Below, one piece after another: positions 15,816 to 25,140 of a stretch of DNA of 38,563 nt. Each line of letters begins with the position of its first letter. Positions within the stretch are counted from its first letter, which is position 1. The stretch comes from Candidatus Methanomethylophilaceae archaeon (GTDB lineage: Archaea > Thermoplasmatota > Thermoplasmata > Methanomassiliicoccales > Methanomethylophilaceae): contig DATESF010000011.1 of assembly GCA_035271005.1 (NCBI GenBank), forward strand, positions 1-38,563, given 5' to 3'. The notes under the pieces are model-generated. The model was not told the origin of the DNA. It ran no database searches and worked only from the letters and a program-made list of their open reading frames with translations. Position numbers and translations under genes: made by a program.

Positions 15816-16954
15816 AAAAGAGCCCTCAAGAGAACGGGAATTAATCTTATGATATCTCCCTTTTTTACTTGAGAAACTATGCTGCTGGGACTGTCTAAAT
15901 CTATCTCATCCAAAGTACTTCGAACAGATTCTCTAGCAGCCACTTTACCCGCTCGGTCTAGATCATCATCGGTAAACTTTACGTAGGCTCTTCTTAACCT
16001 GTATCCGTTCTTCAGCTCTTTACCTAAATCGTTTTTCCATTTTTCTTCGTACTGGGACATATTATTTGCGGAAAAATCATTAGTCTCAAATGCGATATTA
16101 GCAACGTCTTTTAGAGCTTCAGCGGATTTAAAAGCAGGATACAAACCTCCGCCTGATATTGGCTTCACTTGTCCTGCTGCATCCCCGATGAGCATTAAGC
16201 GTTCGCCGTATGAAATCGGACGTCCACCCAAAGGTATTTTTCCAGAATATTTTTTTATTACGCTGGCACTTTCAAGACCTGCCGCTTTTAAAAGAGGCTG
16301 CATGTAATTTACTGGAGGTCCTGCTGACCATGAAGTGCACATACCGACACGTACAAAATCGCCGAATGGGAGCTCCCATGAAAAGAATCCAGGAGCGACT
16401 TTAGAACCAAGGCGAATGTTAATCATATCTTCTTCATCGTACTTCTTACGAACATCCATCTGGAATCCGCGTACGTATTCTCTAGGGCTGTTGTCAATAC
16501 CAAGAGTTCTAGCGACTCGGGAACTGTGACCGTCTGCGCCTATTATAAGCGAACAATCCGTAGTTCCGTTAGTAGATTCTATTTTCACACGATCTGATAT
16601 CGTATGACTAAAATACTTTTCATTGAACCTGTATTCGGCACCAGCATCATTGGCTTTCCATGCCATCTTACGATCAAGATCAGCTCTATCTATAACATTA
16701 GCCTTAGGCCATTTTGACCTTACAGATACTTTTCTGCCTCCGGGAAAGAATACGTTTGCGCCGTAAAGTTTGTTAAGAATATCTGGACGTACTCCTGACA
16801 TCTCAAGTACTTTATCAGTAACGAGACCAGCGCATCCTACAGGTGTACCTGATTCAGCATGCTCTTCGAAAACTAGAACATCACGGTCCTTAGCTAACAG
16901 TTCAGCTGCTTTGCTTCCTGCGGGCCCGCCGCCAATTACGACGGTTTTGTGCAT
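15812..16954 (-). CDS. Geranylgeranyl reductase family FAD-dependent oxidoreductase
   Basis: VVIGGGPAGSKAAELLA (FAD dinucleotide motif), GCAGLV, IIGADGHSSRVAR and LIGDAAGQVKPISGGG. ATG at 16954; an alternative TTG at 16960 overlaps the tal stop. Confidence 0.85.
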   Translation of the reverse strand: MHKTVVIGGGPAGSKAAELLAKDRDVLVFEEHAESGTPVGCAGLVTDKVLEMSGVRPDILNKLYGANVFFPGGRKVSVRSKWPKANVIDRADLDRKMAWKANDAGAEYRFNEKYFSHTISDRVKIESTNGTTDCSLIIGADGHSSRVARTLGIDNSPREYVRGFQMDVRKKYDEEDMINIRLGSKVAPGFFSWELPFGDFVRVGMCTSWSAGPPVNYMQPLLKAAGLESASVIKKYSGKIPLGGRPISYGERLMLIGDAAGQVKPISGGGLYPAFKSAEALKDVANIAFETNDFSANNMSQYEEKWKNDLGKELKNGYRLRRAYVKFTDDDLDRAGKVAARESVRSTLDEIDLDSPSSIVSQVKKGDIIRLIPVLLRALL

Positions 16955-16956
16955 GT

Positions 16957-17604
16957 TCAATTCTTCTTTGATTTTTCGTAGTCGGATATGAACTTTGCAA
17001 TGCCTTCGTCAGTCTTCGGATGAGAGACCATCTTGAGCAATATGTCATAAGGTATTGTAGAAATATCGCATCCTGCTAATGCAGCATCGAGAACGTGTAC
17101 TGGACTCCTAATGCTTGCTGCGATTACTTCCGTGTCATAATTATAGTTAGCAAGAACACCACATATCTGACCTAGAAGGTCTGATCCATACATTCCGATA
17201 TCATCTAGACGTCCTATGAATGGAGAAACATATTTGGCGCCTGCCTTTGCTGCTAATAAGGCCTGCTGAGCCGAGAATATTAAGGTCATATTGACTTCTA
17301 TGTCTTCAGACGCTAGTACTTTAGTAGCTTTTAGTGACTCGGTGCACATTGGAAGTTTAACATTAATGTTCTCATGAATTTTTGCAAGTTCGCGTCCTTC
17401 TTTAACCATGTCTTCCCATTTTAGAGACATTGCTTCAGCGGATATCGGACCGTCGACTATCTTTGCGATTTCTCTTACGCGGGTGCGGACATCTGTACCC
17501 TCTTTAGCTATAAGACTGGGGTTTGTAGTCACTCCGTCAAGTATTCCCCAACTGTTGATTTCCTTGATCATGTCCAAATTTGCGGTGTCTATAAAGATCT
17601 TCAT
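16957..17604 (-). CDS. tal: Transaldolase / fructose-6-phosphate aldolase (short, subfamily 3B)
   Basis: 215 aa with [29 protein letters not shown] and [11 protein letters not shown]. Confidence 0.9.
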   Translation of the reverse strand: MKIFIDTANLDMIKEINSWGILDGVTTNPSLIAKEGTDVRTRVREIAKIVDGPISAEAMSLKWEDMVKEGRELAKIHENINVKLPMCTESLKATKVLASEDIEVNMTLIFSAQQALLAAKAGAKYVSPFIGRLDDIGMYGSDLLGQICGVLANYNYDTEVIAASIRSPVHVLDAALAGCDISTIPYDILLKMVSHPKTDEGIAKFISDYEKSKKN

Positions 17605-17608
17605 AATT

Positions 17609-18547
17609 TCATCTCTTGTTTTTTATCGACCTGTGGGCCGCTTCTACTATATCCTTGGCTGTGAGTCCGTACTTTATGAAAAGCTCATCAGGTTTTCCAG
17701 ATTCGCCGAACAGATCCTTAGTTCCAACCCTCTGAAGAGGTGTTGGCATTTCTTCCGAAAGAAGTTCGGATACTGCTGAACCTAGACCTCCAATGATACT
17801 GTGTTCCTCGGCGGTCACTGCGCATCCTGTCTTAGATACTGAGCTTAGGATAGTCTTACTGTCAAGAGGTTTTATCGTAGATACGTTAACCACTTCTGCG
17901 TGGATACCTTCTTTCTTTAATTCTTCGGCAGCATCGAGACAGCTGGATACCAACTGTCCGGTACCGAATAATGTAATGTCATTTCCTTCGAGAAGGACTT
18001 TGGCTTTTCCTATTTCAAACTTCTCGCCTTCTGTTGTTACTATAGGTACAGGTGAACGTCCCAGCCTCATGTAAACTGGGCCTTCGTGTTCGGCTATCGC
18101 CAATGTGGCAGAATATGTTTGATATGCATCTGCAGGCGAGATAACAGTCATATTTGGTAGACTGCGCATTAGTGAAATATCCTCTAGTGCTTGGTGGGAG
18201 GCTCCATCCTCTCCAACACTTATGCCACAATGAGTTGCGACAATCTTGACGTTAAGCATGGGATATGCAATACCCAAACGAATCTGCTCCCAACATCTTC
18301 CCGAAGCGAATATACCAAAGGTTGATGCAAAAACTACCTTACCTTCTGCGGCTAGGCCAGATGCGACTCCGATCATATTTTGTTCTGCTATTCCAACTTC
18401 CACGAATCTTTCAGGACAAACTTTGTAAAATTCTAATGTCTTGGTGGATCCTGCTAAATCGGCGTCGAGAACTACTACGTTATCGATCTCGGCTAACTTT
18501 TTCAATGCTTTACCGTAATAATCGCGCTGTGCTAACAATCGAGTCAT
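17609..18547 (-). CDS. tkt: Transketolase, C-terminal (pyrimidine-binding) subunit
   Basis: 312 aa. [19 protein letters not shown] and [18 protein letters not shown]. It overlaps the N-terminal subunit gene by 4 nt. Confidence 0.95.
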   Translation of the reverse strand: MTRLLAQRDYYGKALKKLAEIDNVVVLDADLAGSTKTLEFYKVCPERFVEVGIAEQNMIGVASGLAAEGKVVFASTFGIFASGRCWEQIRLGIAYPMLNVKIVATHCGISVGEDGASHQALEDISLMRSLPNMTVISPADAYQTYSATLAIAEHEGPVYMRLGRSPVPIVTTEGEKFEIGKAKVLLEGNDITLFGTGQLVSSCLDAAEELKKEGIHAEVVNVSTIKPLDSKTILSSVSKTGCAVTAEEHSIIGGLGSAVSELLSEEMPTPLQRVGTKDLFGESGKPDELFIKYGLTAKDIVEAAHRSIKNKR

Positions 18548-19380
18548 CTGACATTCCTCATTGCTTCCGCTATTTCTTTCTCAGCGCATTTGGTCTCTTC
18601 TTGGTTGCAGCACTTCCCATGGAAGTCTGCATTGTTCTCCATAAAAGATACTCCGCGTCCTTTGACAGTGTTCAGAATAATCATTGAAGGCTTCTTACTA
18701 GCTTTCTTAGCCCATGCGCAAGCCTTGATGATTTGCCCAATATTATGGCCGTCGATGGACTTTACTCTCCATCCGAAGGCTTTCCATTTATCAGCAAGTG
18801 GATCAAGTCCAATCACATCTTCTGTGTTGCCCATGATCTGTAAACTATTACGGTCCACGAATGCAATCAAATTACACAAATCGTAATGAGATGCGAACAT
18901 TGCTGCCTCCCAGTTCATGCCGCTCTGTAACTCTCCATCTCCTAAGAGACAGTATATATGATGATTCTTTGAGTCCATTTTTGAAGCTATAGCCATTCCG
19001 CATGCCATGCTCAATCCTTGACCAAGTGAACCTGTGGACATTTCCACACCAGGTACTTTTCCACGTACGGGATGGCCTTGAAGTCGGCTATTTATCTTTC
19101 TTAACGTTAAGAGTTCCTCAACTGGGAAATATCCAGATTCAGCCAGTGATGCGTAAAGTATTGGCGCAGCATGACCTTTTGATAATACGAACCTGTCGCG
19201 ACCATCCCATTGTGGATCGTCTGGACGGTGGTTCATGACTCTAAAATATAATGTAGCCATAAAATCGGCGGCTGAAAGTGAACCTCCGGGGTGTCCTGAC
19301 CCTGCAGCGGAAGTCATTTCGATAACGTCAAGCCTGAGTTTATTGGCAATCACCTTCAACTCAGCTTCATTCATAGCCAC
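18544..19380 (-). CDS. tkt: Transketolase, N-terminal (TPP-binding) subunit
   Basis: 278 aa. SGHPGGSLS, LSKGHAAP.LY and GDGELQSGMNWEA (TPP motif). GTG at 19380, with an alternative ATG at 19374. Confidence 0.95.
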   Translation of the reverse strand: MAMNEAELKVIANKLRLDVIEMTSAAGSGHPGGSLSAADFMATLYFRVMNHRPDDPQWDGRDRFVLSKGHAAPILYASLAESGYFPVEELLTLRKINSRLQGHPVRGKVPGVEMSTGSLGQGLSMACGMAIASKMDSKNHHIYCLLGDGELQSGMNWEAAMFASHYDLCNLIAFVDRNSLQIMGNTEDVIGLDPLADKWKAFGWRVKSIDGHNIGQIIKACAWAKKASKKPSMIILNTVKGRGVSFMENNADFHGKCCNQEETKCAEKEIAEAMRNVR

Positions 19381-19393
19381 TATATCACCAAGT

Positions 19394-20140
19394 TTAGTCG
19401 CTTTCTATTCTCGGAGCTAGAAGATAATCTACCCTTCCATTTCCGTCAGCGAGTTTGAAATTCATCTTTATAGGATAATCAGAATCAAGCTCGATGCCTA
19501 CGATAGTTCCAGTAGGTATCGCTTTGATAAGATTTGCAAAATAATCGAGAGGGAACAAACTACGGTAGGTTCCATCTCCTTCAGGTACTTCCATGGATTC
19601 AAGTTTTTCCTTTGGAATTATCAAGCTAGCGGAATCTGTGTCTCCTTCACAAGATAATTCGAAACCGATAGGACTCACTGTGAGTGCAATATGGTCAGAT
19701 ATAGATTCAGAAGCACGGATTCCCTGTTGGAGCTCTTCTACCGGTATGAATACCTTTGAAGATAGTGAAAGTTGCGGGAATTTAGGGTCGTTCATGCCTG
19801 AAGTGTCTACCAAGTGCATACGACGAGTTATGTTTCCTACTTTGAATATCAACTTTCCATGGTCCTCGTCTTGTTCTATGGATATTATATCCCCCGAAGA
19901 AGCCAATTTCATTACACTTTTAACTTTATCAAGATCAAGTCCTATCTCGGTCTCATCAGCAGCATATGATTCGAAGGCGCCAGATTCGACACGCACCTCT
20001 ATCATTGCAACATGTGCAGGATCCACTGCCTTTATGTTGATGCCATCCGGCTCCACCGATAGTTTTACTTCATCGATAAGCGTCGAAACAATATTTACGA
20101 GACCTTTTAGCGTGTCGGACTTAATCTCTACTTTGAACAT
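19394..20140 (-). CDS. pcn: DNA polymerase sliding clamp (PCNA)
   Basis: 248 aa with an archaeal PCNA pattern (DGINIKAVDPAHVAMIEV.., LAPRIE near the C-terminus). AGGTGA SD upstream. Confidence 0.9.
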   Translation of the reverse strand: MFKVEIKSDTLKGLVNIVSTLIDEVKLSVEPDGINIKAVDPAHVAMIEVRVESGAFESYAADETEIGLDLDKVKSVMKLASSGDIISIEQDEDHGKLIFKVGNITRRMHLVDTSGMNDPKFPQLSLSSKVFIPVEELQQGIRASESISDHIALTVSPIGFELSCEGDTDSASLIIPKEKLESMEVPEGDGTYRSLFPLDYFANLIKAIPTGTIVGIELDSDYPIKMNFKLADGNGRVDYLLAPRIESD

Positions 20141-20160
20141 AATTTCACCTGTTTAATTGC

Positions 20161-20517
20161 TTAGTATTCTCTCCAAGAGTGATTACACTTACAGCAACGA
20201 TAGATTCTTGTTTCAGGTTCATCGGCCGCACGGGTCTGCCTTATTACAAAATAAGCTTCAGTATGACTGCACTCGGGGCACGGTATGCGTGTTTTAGGAA
20301 GAGTGGCGATATCCTCATTGATGACTGTAGTTTCCTTATCAGTGGAACCGGTAACAATCACTTGAGCCTTGCCGAATGCCTCGGCATTCTCACAAGAACT
20401 GCATTTATATTTCCCCTCTTCTGGAATCATTAAAGATTGACACTTAGAACAAAACAAGCTATCACTGATAACCCGATTGGGTGAGGCTATTAATAAGTTA
20501 TGCGAACGACCTTTCAC
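20161..20517 (-). CDS. tfs: Transcription factor S (TFIIS/RpoM-like cleavage factor)
   Basis: The C-terminal Zn ribbon CPECSHTEAYFVIRQTRAADEPETRIYRCCKCNHSW is diagnostic, and there is an N-terminal ribbon FCSKC..CSSC. The start is uncertain. The track start is GTG 20517. A TTG at 20457 would give the usual MFC.KC N-terminus. Confidence 0.85.
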   Translation of the reverse strand: MKGRSHNLLIASPNRVISDSLFCSKCQSLMIPEEGKYKCSSCENAEAFGKAQVIVTGSTDKETTVINEDIATLPKTRIPCPECSHTEAYFVIRQTRAADEPETRIYRCCKCNHSWREY

Positions 20518-20527
20518 TTAGATAGAA

Positions 20528-21313
20528 TCACTTTTTAGAAGAATTCTTCTTGTCGCCATGAACTTCAGCAAGTGCAAGAATATCTGAAAATGGACTCTGG
20601 CACTTATCATTAGTGGTAGGTATTGGTGCAGATCCTTCGCCTGCTGTTGTAGTAACCGTCTGAACCGTAGACGTTACTGATTTCTTCTCGTAAGATGACC
20701 CTTTCGCACGACGACTGGACTCTAAATTTATGCTAACGACTGAGTCACGAACAGAAATACAATCATTGAAGGATTCGAATCCTAACGTCTTTCCCTTTTC
20801 GTAAAGCTCTATTGATCTTGCAAGTGGCCTTATTGCCGAATATACGGCTCCTTTGGCCATAAGTTCGGTAGCTTCACGACGATATAGAGCAGATAATGAC
20901 CCTCCAACGACTCCGAATGCTATCATTAGACTTAGTGGCGTAAGTGCCAACTGGGCCGTACCAGGATTATAAAAATAAACCAGGTACATCCCGACCCACG
21001 AAGAATATCCCGTTAATGTACCAGCTACTGTTCCCGCAGCGATATCTGGAAAACCTAATGGGCCGAGAATGTAGTATGAAACGACCGATATGATCGCAAG
21101 TAGTATACCACCTGCAAACGCAGATGATATTGCTCCTTTGATAAAAGACCCAGATCTACGGCCGGAATAATATCCGGCTATTGCTGGGCCTATGAAAGGG
21201 ACCCACCAAAGCACTGCTGATAGGAGAAAACCTCCAGCGATGGCTCTACCGGTGCTGTAAGTATTACAGTCTGTCCTGCCTTCAGCTGACTGACTATTCT
21301 TTCTAGCGTGCAT
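20528..21313 (-). CDS. Hypothetical integral membrane protein (about 4 TM helices plus a Ser/Thr-rich soluble tail)
   Basis: 261 aa. Gly/Ala-rich hydrophobic helices (WWVPFIGPAIAGYYSG.., possibly DUF5518-like) are followed by a hydrophilic C-terminal half. It is the first gene of the minus-strand array downstream of the 294-bp intergenic region. Confidence 0.6.
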   Translation of the reverse strand: MHARKNSQSAEGRTDCNTYSTGRAIAGGFLLSAVLWWVPFIGPAIAGYYSGRRSGSFIKGAISSAFAGGILLAIISVVSYYILGPLGFPDIAAGTVAGTLTGYSSWVGMYLVYFYNPGTAQLALTPLSLMIAFGVVGGSLSALYRREATELMAKGAVYSAIRPLARSIELYEKGKTLGFESFNDCISVRDSVVSINLESSRRAKGSSYEKKSVTSTVQTVTTTAGEGSAPIPTTNDKCQSPFSDILALAEVHGDKKNSSKK

Positions 21314-21449
21314 CCCGTCTTATGTTAATCATTCTGCATTTAATAAGTTTGGTATTGAAATAACATATTTGCAATTCAACTGTATTATGAGTACTGGTGT
21401 GACATTTTACGTTTTAAAATACTTTTTTTCTACTTGCACTATATCTATT

Positions 21450-21469
21450 TACGCGAGATAACGCGCGTA
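21450..21469. promoter_or_regulatory. CG-rich hairpin/palindrome carrying two WTAAYGCGAG-type motif copies
   Basis: TACGCG-AGATAACG-CGCGTA, with 6-bp arms. It overlaps TTTACGCGAG (21448-21457) and ATAACGCGCG (21458-21467) in the divergent promoter region. Confidence 0.3.
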
Positions 21470-21550
21470 TTAAAATAAGGAAACTAAATATACCGTCAGT
21501 TAATAGCTGAATGGAAGCATCATTAGCATGTTTTAATTTACAGTCAAAGA

Positions 21551-21573
21551 GGACGTAAAGTACGTTCTTTTTT
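21551..21573 (+). terminator. Orphan terminator-like hairpin plus T6 tract, 35 nt upstream of the beta-CASP gene
   Basis: GGACGTA-AAG-TACGTTC forms a 7-bp stem including one G.U pair. It is immediately followed by TTTTTT (21568-21573). No plus-strand gene lies upstream. Confidence 0.3.
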
Positions 21574-21607
21574 CACAGCCTATGGCATAATAAAAGGAAG
21601 ACGAAAT

Positions 21608-22843
21608 ATGAAAGTAAAATATAGATTTTTAGGCGGAGCCGACATAGTCGGACGTATGGGTATGATTATGGAGGGGCCCAAAAAAACTCTCTTGATGGAG
21701 TATGGAATGAGTCCAACAAAACCTCCACAGTACCCGATACCAGCACCACATGTTGACCATGTGTTCTTAACACACTGTCATTTAGATCACTGTGGAATGC
21801 TTCCTTCGGTCTGCGGTAAGCAGAATTGCGAATTGTTCACTACCCCAGTCTCAGCAGTAGTTGGCGAACTTTTAATGAATGACTCGTTGAAGATAGCTAA
21901 GGCAGAGAATTATCCTTTACCTTACACATCTAGCGAAATAGACCGCACTATGAGAAGCGTTGTTCCATTAACATTCGGCGATACCATAGAAGTGGGCGCC
22001 GCTGATGTAACGTTACATTCAGCAGGACATATTCCTGGAGCTACAATGTTCTTATTCGAAGGCGATACTACTACACTCTACACAGGCGACTTCCACACAG
22101 CAGATCAGAGACTGGTATGCGGAGCAAAACCCGTAAAGTGTGAGAATCTTTTCGTCGAAGGTACTTACGGCGGTCGTAATCACCCCTCGAGGGAAAAAAC
22201 TGCAAAGGAATTCCTAGACAAAGTACATGAAATCGTAGACAGAGGCGGAACTTGTATTATCCCAGTCTTCGCGATTGGCAGGACACAAGAAATCATGCTT
22301 CTACTCAAGGACTTGAAATATGAAATGTGGGTCGACGGAATGGGACGTTCAGTTACTCGTATGTTTTTGGATTATCCAGAATATCTTCGTGACGAACGTA
22401 AATTAAAATCGGCTAGAAGAAACTTCAACACCGTCAAGAACTCCAATATGAGACGTAACGCGTCCAAGGGACAAATTATCGTTACAACTGGCGGAATGAT
22501 GGACGGCGGACCTGTTCTAAGCTACGTAAACAAAGTAAAGAACGATCCAAAGAGCGGCATCCTAATTGTAGGATATCAGGCTGAAGATACCAACGGTAGA
22601 TTACTCTTAGAACAGGGTATGATGAACATCGACGGTGAAGTTTACAAGATTGAGTGCGAAGTACAGAGATACGATTTCTCTGCTCATGCGGACCACAGCG
22701 AAATCGTTGAGTTCATCAATAACTGTGACCCAACCAACGTCATATTCATGCACTCCGAAGTAAGGGAGCTTTTCCTTCCTGACCTTCAGGATTACAACGT
22801 AATTCTTCCGGAGCCGGATAAGCCATTCGAATTGGAGATGTGA
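21608..22843 (+). CDS. beta-CASP family metallo-beta-lactamase RNase (aCPSF2-like, no KH domains)
   Basis: 411 aa. HxHxDH motif at LTHCHLDHCG, later HSAGHIPGA, a beta-CASP region, and the C-terminal FSAHAD..(H)SE motifs. Confidence 0.85.
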   Translation: MKVKYRFLGGADIVGRMGMIMEGPKKTLLMEYGMSPTKPPQYPIPAPHVDHVFLTHCHLDHCGMLPSVCGKQNCELFTTPVSAVVGELLMNDSLKIAKAENYPLPYTSSEIDRTMRSVVPLTFGDTIEVGAADVTLHSAGHIPGATMFLFEGDTTTLYTGDFHTADQRLVCGAKPVKCENLFVEGTYGGRNHPSREKTAKEFLDKVHEIVDRGGTCIIPVFAIGRTQEIMLLLKDLKYEMWVDGMGRSVTRMFLDYPEYLRDERKLKSARRNFNTVKNSNMRRNASKGQIIVTTGGMMDGGPVLSYVNKVKNDPKSGILIVGYQAEDTNGRLLLEQGMMNIDGEVYKIECEVQRYDFSAHADHSEIVEFINNCDPTNVIFMHSEVRELFLPDLQDYNVILPEPDKPFELEM

Positions 22844-22845
22844 AT

Positions 22846-23658
22846 ATGAAAAACCTCGAAGCTTTCCTCAACGAGGATATTGGCCGAGGGGACCTCACAA
22901 CCCAACTCGTAGTCCCAGATGTAGGCAGCAAAGCCTCTATCATTTGTGAAGAGGACGCAGTTGTCGCTGGAATTGAAGAGGCGTGCGAAATCTTTTCCAT
23001 AATGGGCGCTGACGCCATACCTGTAGTAAAAGACGGGGAACGCGTCAAAGCTGGAGATCGTGTAATATCGATCACCGGCCCTGCCCAAAAAGTCATTACA
23101 GCCGAACGCACGGCACTTAACTTTCTTATGAGGATGAGTGGAATAGCTACAGAAACCTCTAAAGCGATAGATCTTCTGAGCGAGAAAGACTCTAACGTAC
23201 GTGTCTGCGGTACTAGGAAAACAACTCCTGGATTCCGAAGATACGAAAAGAAAGCCATTAGGTTAGGCGGAGGCGCCGAACACCGATTTGGCCTTGATGA
23301 TATGATATTGATCAAGGATAACCACATAAAAGCCTGTGGTTCCATAAAGAACGCCATGACCAGAGCTCTAAAAACACAGTTTCATGTAAAAATAGAGATA
23401 GAGGTCAACAACACTGAAGACGCAATTATTGCAGTAGAGATGGGCGCAGACGTAATTATGGCAGATAATATGGCTCCAGAGAATGTAAGAATGCTACGTG
23501 AAGCAGTGAAGGAAAAGAATCCCGAGGTACTCGTAGAGGCTTCTGGAAATATTACATTGAAAAACGTAGCAGATTACGCTGGATGTGCAGACCTTGTTTC
23601 TATGGGTTCTTTGACGCACTCGTCTAAAACAGTCCATTTCTCAATGGATATGAATTAA
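22846..23658 (+). CDS. nadC: Nicotinate-nucleotide pyrophosphorylase (quinolinate phosphoribosyltransferase)
   Basis: EDIGRGDLTT, ERTALNFL, TRKT.PG.R..EK.A...GG...HR..L.D..LIKDNH. The ATG at 22846 lies 8 nt after GGAG. The track start, GTG 22840, overlaps the upstream stop. Confidence 0.9.
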   Translation: MKNLEAFLNEDIGRGDLTTQLVVPDVGSKASIICEEDAVVAGIEEACEIFSIMGADAIPVVKDGERVKAGDRVISITGPAQKVITAERTALNFLMRMSGIATETSKAIDLLSEKDSNVRVCGTRKTTPGFRRYEKKAIRLGGGAEHRFGLDDMILIKDNHIKACGSIKNAMTRALKTQFHVKIEIEVNNTEDAIIAVEMGADVIMADNMAPENVRMLREAVKEKNPEVLVEASGNITLKNVADYAGCADLVSMGSLTHSSKTVHFSMDMN

Positions 23659-24425
23659 AATTTGGTGCGATGATATTTCGATACGTCGGAGTTCCAACCC
23701 ATTGCATTGGCTACTATCTCGGAGATATGAATCACCGGGAATTTAGCTGCGATATCTAGCCTACGGAAACAGAATACGCATGATACTACTGCAAAGTTTG
23801 CTCCAGCTTCTTTAAACTGGCCTACGGCATCTTGAAGAATATTATTGGCAATATCATCGTGAACGCCTTGAAGGCCTCCTCCGCAACACATAGGTTTATT
23901 GATGACTGCATTAGAACATCCTATTGCATTCAGCACTTCGGACATCATATCCGACGCTTTGTTGCCTCTAGTTTTGTAAGCGTACTCGCCATGACAACCG
24001 GGGAACACTACACCAGTACCTTCTACCGAGACTTTGGATAATTTTTTGATGCCTTCTACATTATTGTAAAGGAATTCTAAAAGACCATTGATCTCTGCGA
24101 TACCGGCGTCCATCCCTACCGTAGAAAGTCTACGTTCTGAATCAGATATTCCTTCTTCAGTTTCCAGTCTTTCTTGTGCCAACGTAAGAGAAATGTTACA
24201 TCCTTCACATAGAGTGACTAAGTTCTCTCCACTGTTTCTAGAATGTACTATGCTTCCTACGGATTTCCACATATCTTGATCCATGGATCTAAGGCCAGTA
24301 GGTTCAAAACAACACATTGCCTCGGTTCCGGATATCTCAATTTTAAGCTGTTCCGCAATATATCGTACAGCTGCTTCGATGTAAGGCAGTCTAGATGTTA
24401 CCGTGCATCCAGGGAAAAGTTTCAT
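23655..24425 (-). CDS. hdrB: Heterodisulfide reductase subunit B-like protein (two CCG domains)
   Basis: 256 aa. FPGCTV, MCCFEPTG and PMCCGGGLQ are CCG-domain cysteine motifs. It overlaps the upstream hdrC-like gene by 4 nt. Confidence 0.75.
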   Translation of the reverse strand: MKLFPGCTVTSRLPYIEAAVRYIAEQLKIEISGTEAMCCFEPTGLRSMDQDMWKSVGSIVHSRNSGENLVTLCEGCNISLTLAQERLETEEGISDSERRLSTVGMDAGIAEINGLLEFLYNNVEGIKKLSKVSVEGTGVVFPGCHGEYAYKTRGNKASDMMSEVLNAIGCSNAVINKPMCCGGGLQGVHDDIANNILQDAVGQFKEAGANFAVVSCVFCFRRLDIAAKFPVIHISEIVANAMGWNSDVSKYHRTKF

Positions 24426-24847
24426 CTGGAATCACCTGACATCAGTTCAAGCTTTTTTGGTACTTCGGAAACGCGTTCAATCTTTGAAAGACCTAATGCG
24501 ACTCTATCCTCGTCTGTTGAATTGACGATGGACATTGTATCTCCGACCTCTTTGAATTTGTTATAGACTCGTCCGAACCTTTCGGGTATGTTTCCTTTGA
24601 TTACCTCAAAGTTACGTATCTCCATTATGAGTTCCGCTACCTCGATACCTTTTGGACATACCATACTGCACCTATGACACATCAGACATGTCCACGGATC
24701 ACCAGAATAAATTCCGTCGCGTATCTCACGTACAACATCATGAGGAACGATTCCATCGTGTTTAGCAGATGGACAGTTCTTAGTGCACTTTTTACACTGT
24801 ATACAATTTTCTAAATCGTACTTAAGAGAAAGGAGAGATTGATCCAC
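24422..24847 (-). CDS. hdrC: Heterodisulfide reductase subunit C-like 2x[4Fe-4S] protein
   Basis: 141 aa. CIQCKKCTKNCP and CLMCHRCSMVCP. GTG start. Confidence 0.75.
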   Translation of the reverse strand: MDQSLLSLKYDLENCIQCKKCTKNCPSAKHDGIVPHDVVREIRDGIYSGDPWTCLMCHRCSMVCPKGIEVAELIMEIRNFEVIKGNIPERFGRVYNKFKEVGDTMSIVNSTDEDRVALGLSKIERVSEVPKKLELMSGDSR

Positions 24848-24911
24848 ATGGCAAGACTAACTTCAAAATACATAACGCTTGTTTTTTACATTAGTTCAGC
24901 AATATGCTATT

Positions 24912-25106
24912 ATGGACACTGGTTTTGAAGATCATCCTTGTCAGATCTGCGGAAAGCCATCTAAGAACTTTGCTTTCGCAGCTTACGTGTGTAACGACAA
25001 AGAGTGTATGGAAGCTGCTCGTATCGAACGCGGAGGGCCTGGCGGCCACATTAAGAGAAAAGCTGAAGGAAGGCCCATTATCCCCATAGACATGGACGAT
25101 GAATGA
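24912..25106 (+). CDS. Small hypothetical Zn-ribbon protein (64 aa)
   Basis: MDTGFEDHPCQICGKPSKNFAFAAYVCNDKECMEAARIE.. has a CxxC..CxxxC pattern. It is divergent from hdrC. I prefer the ATG at 24912 to the upstream track start at 24879. No family recognised. Confidence 0.45.
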   Translation: MDTGFEDHPCQICGKPSKNFAFAAYVCNDKECMEAARIERGGPGGHIKRKAEGRPIIPIDMDDE

Positions 25107-25140
25107 GCGTTTCCTAAAAAAGTAGTTCTTTTAAAAGGTT

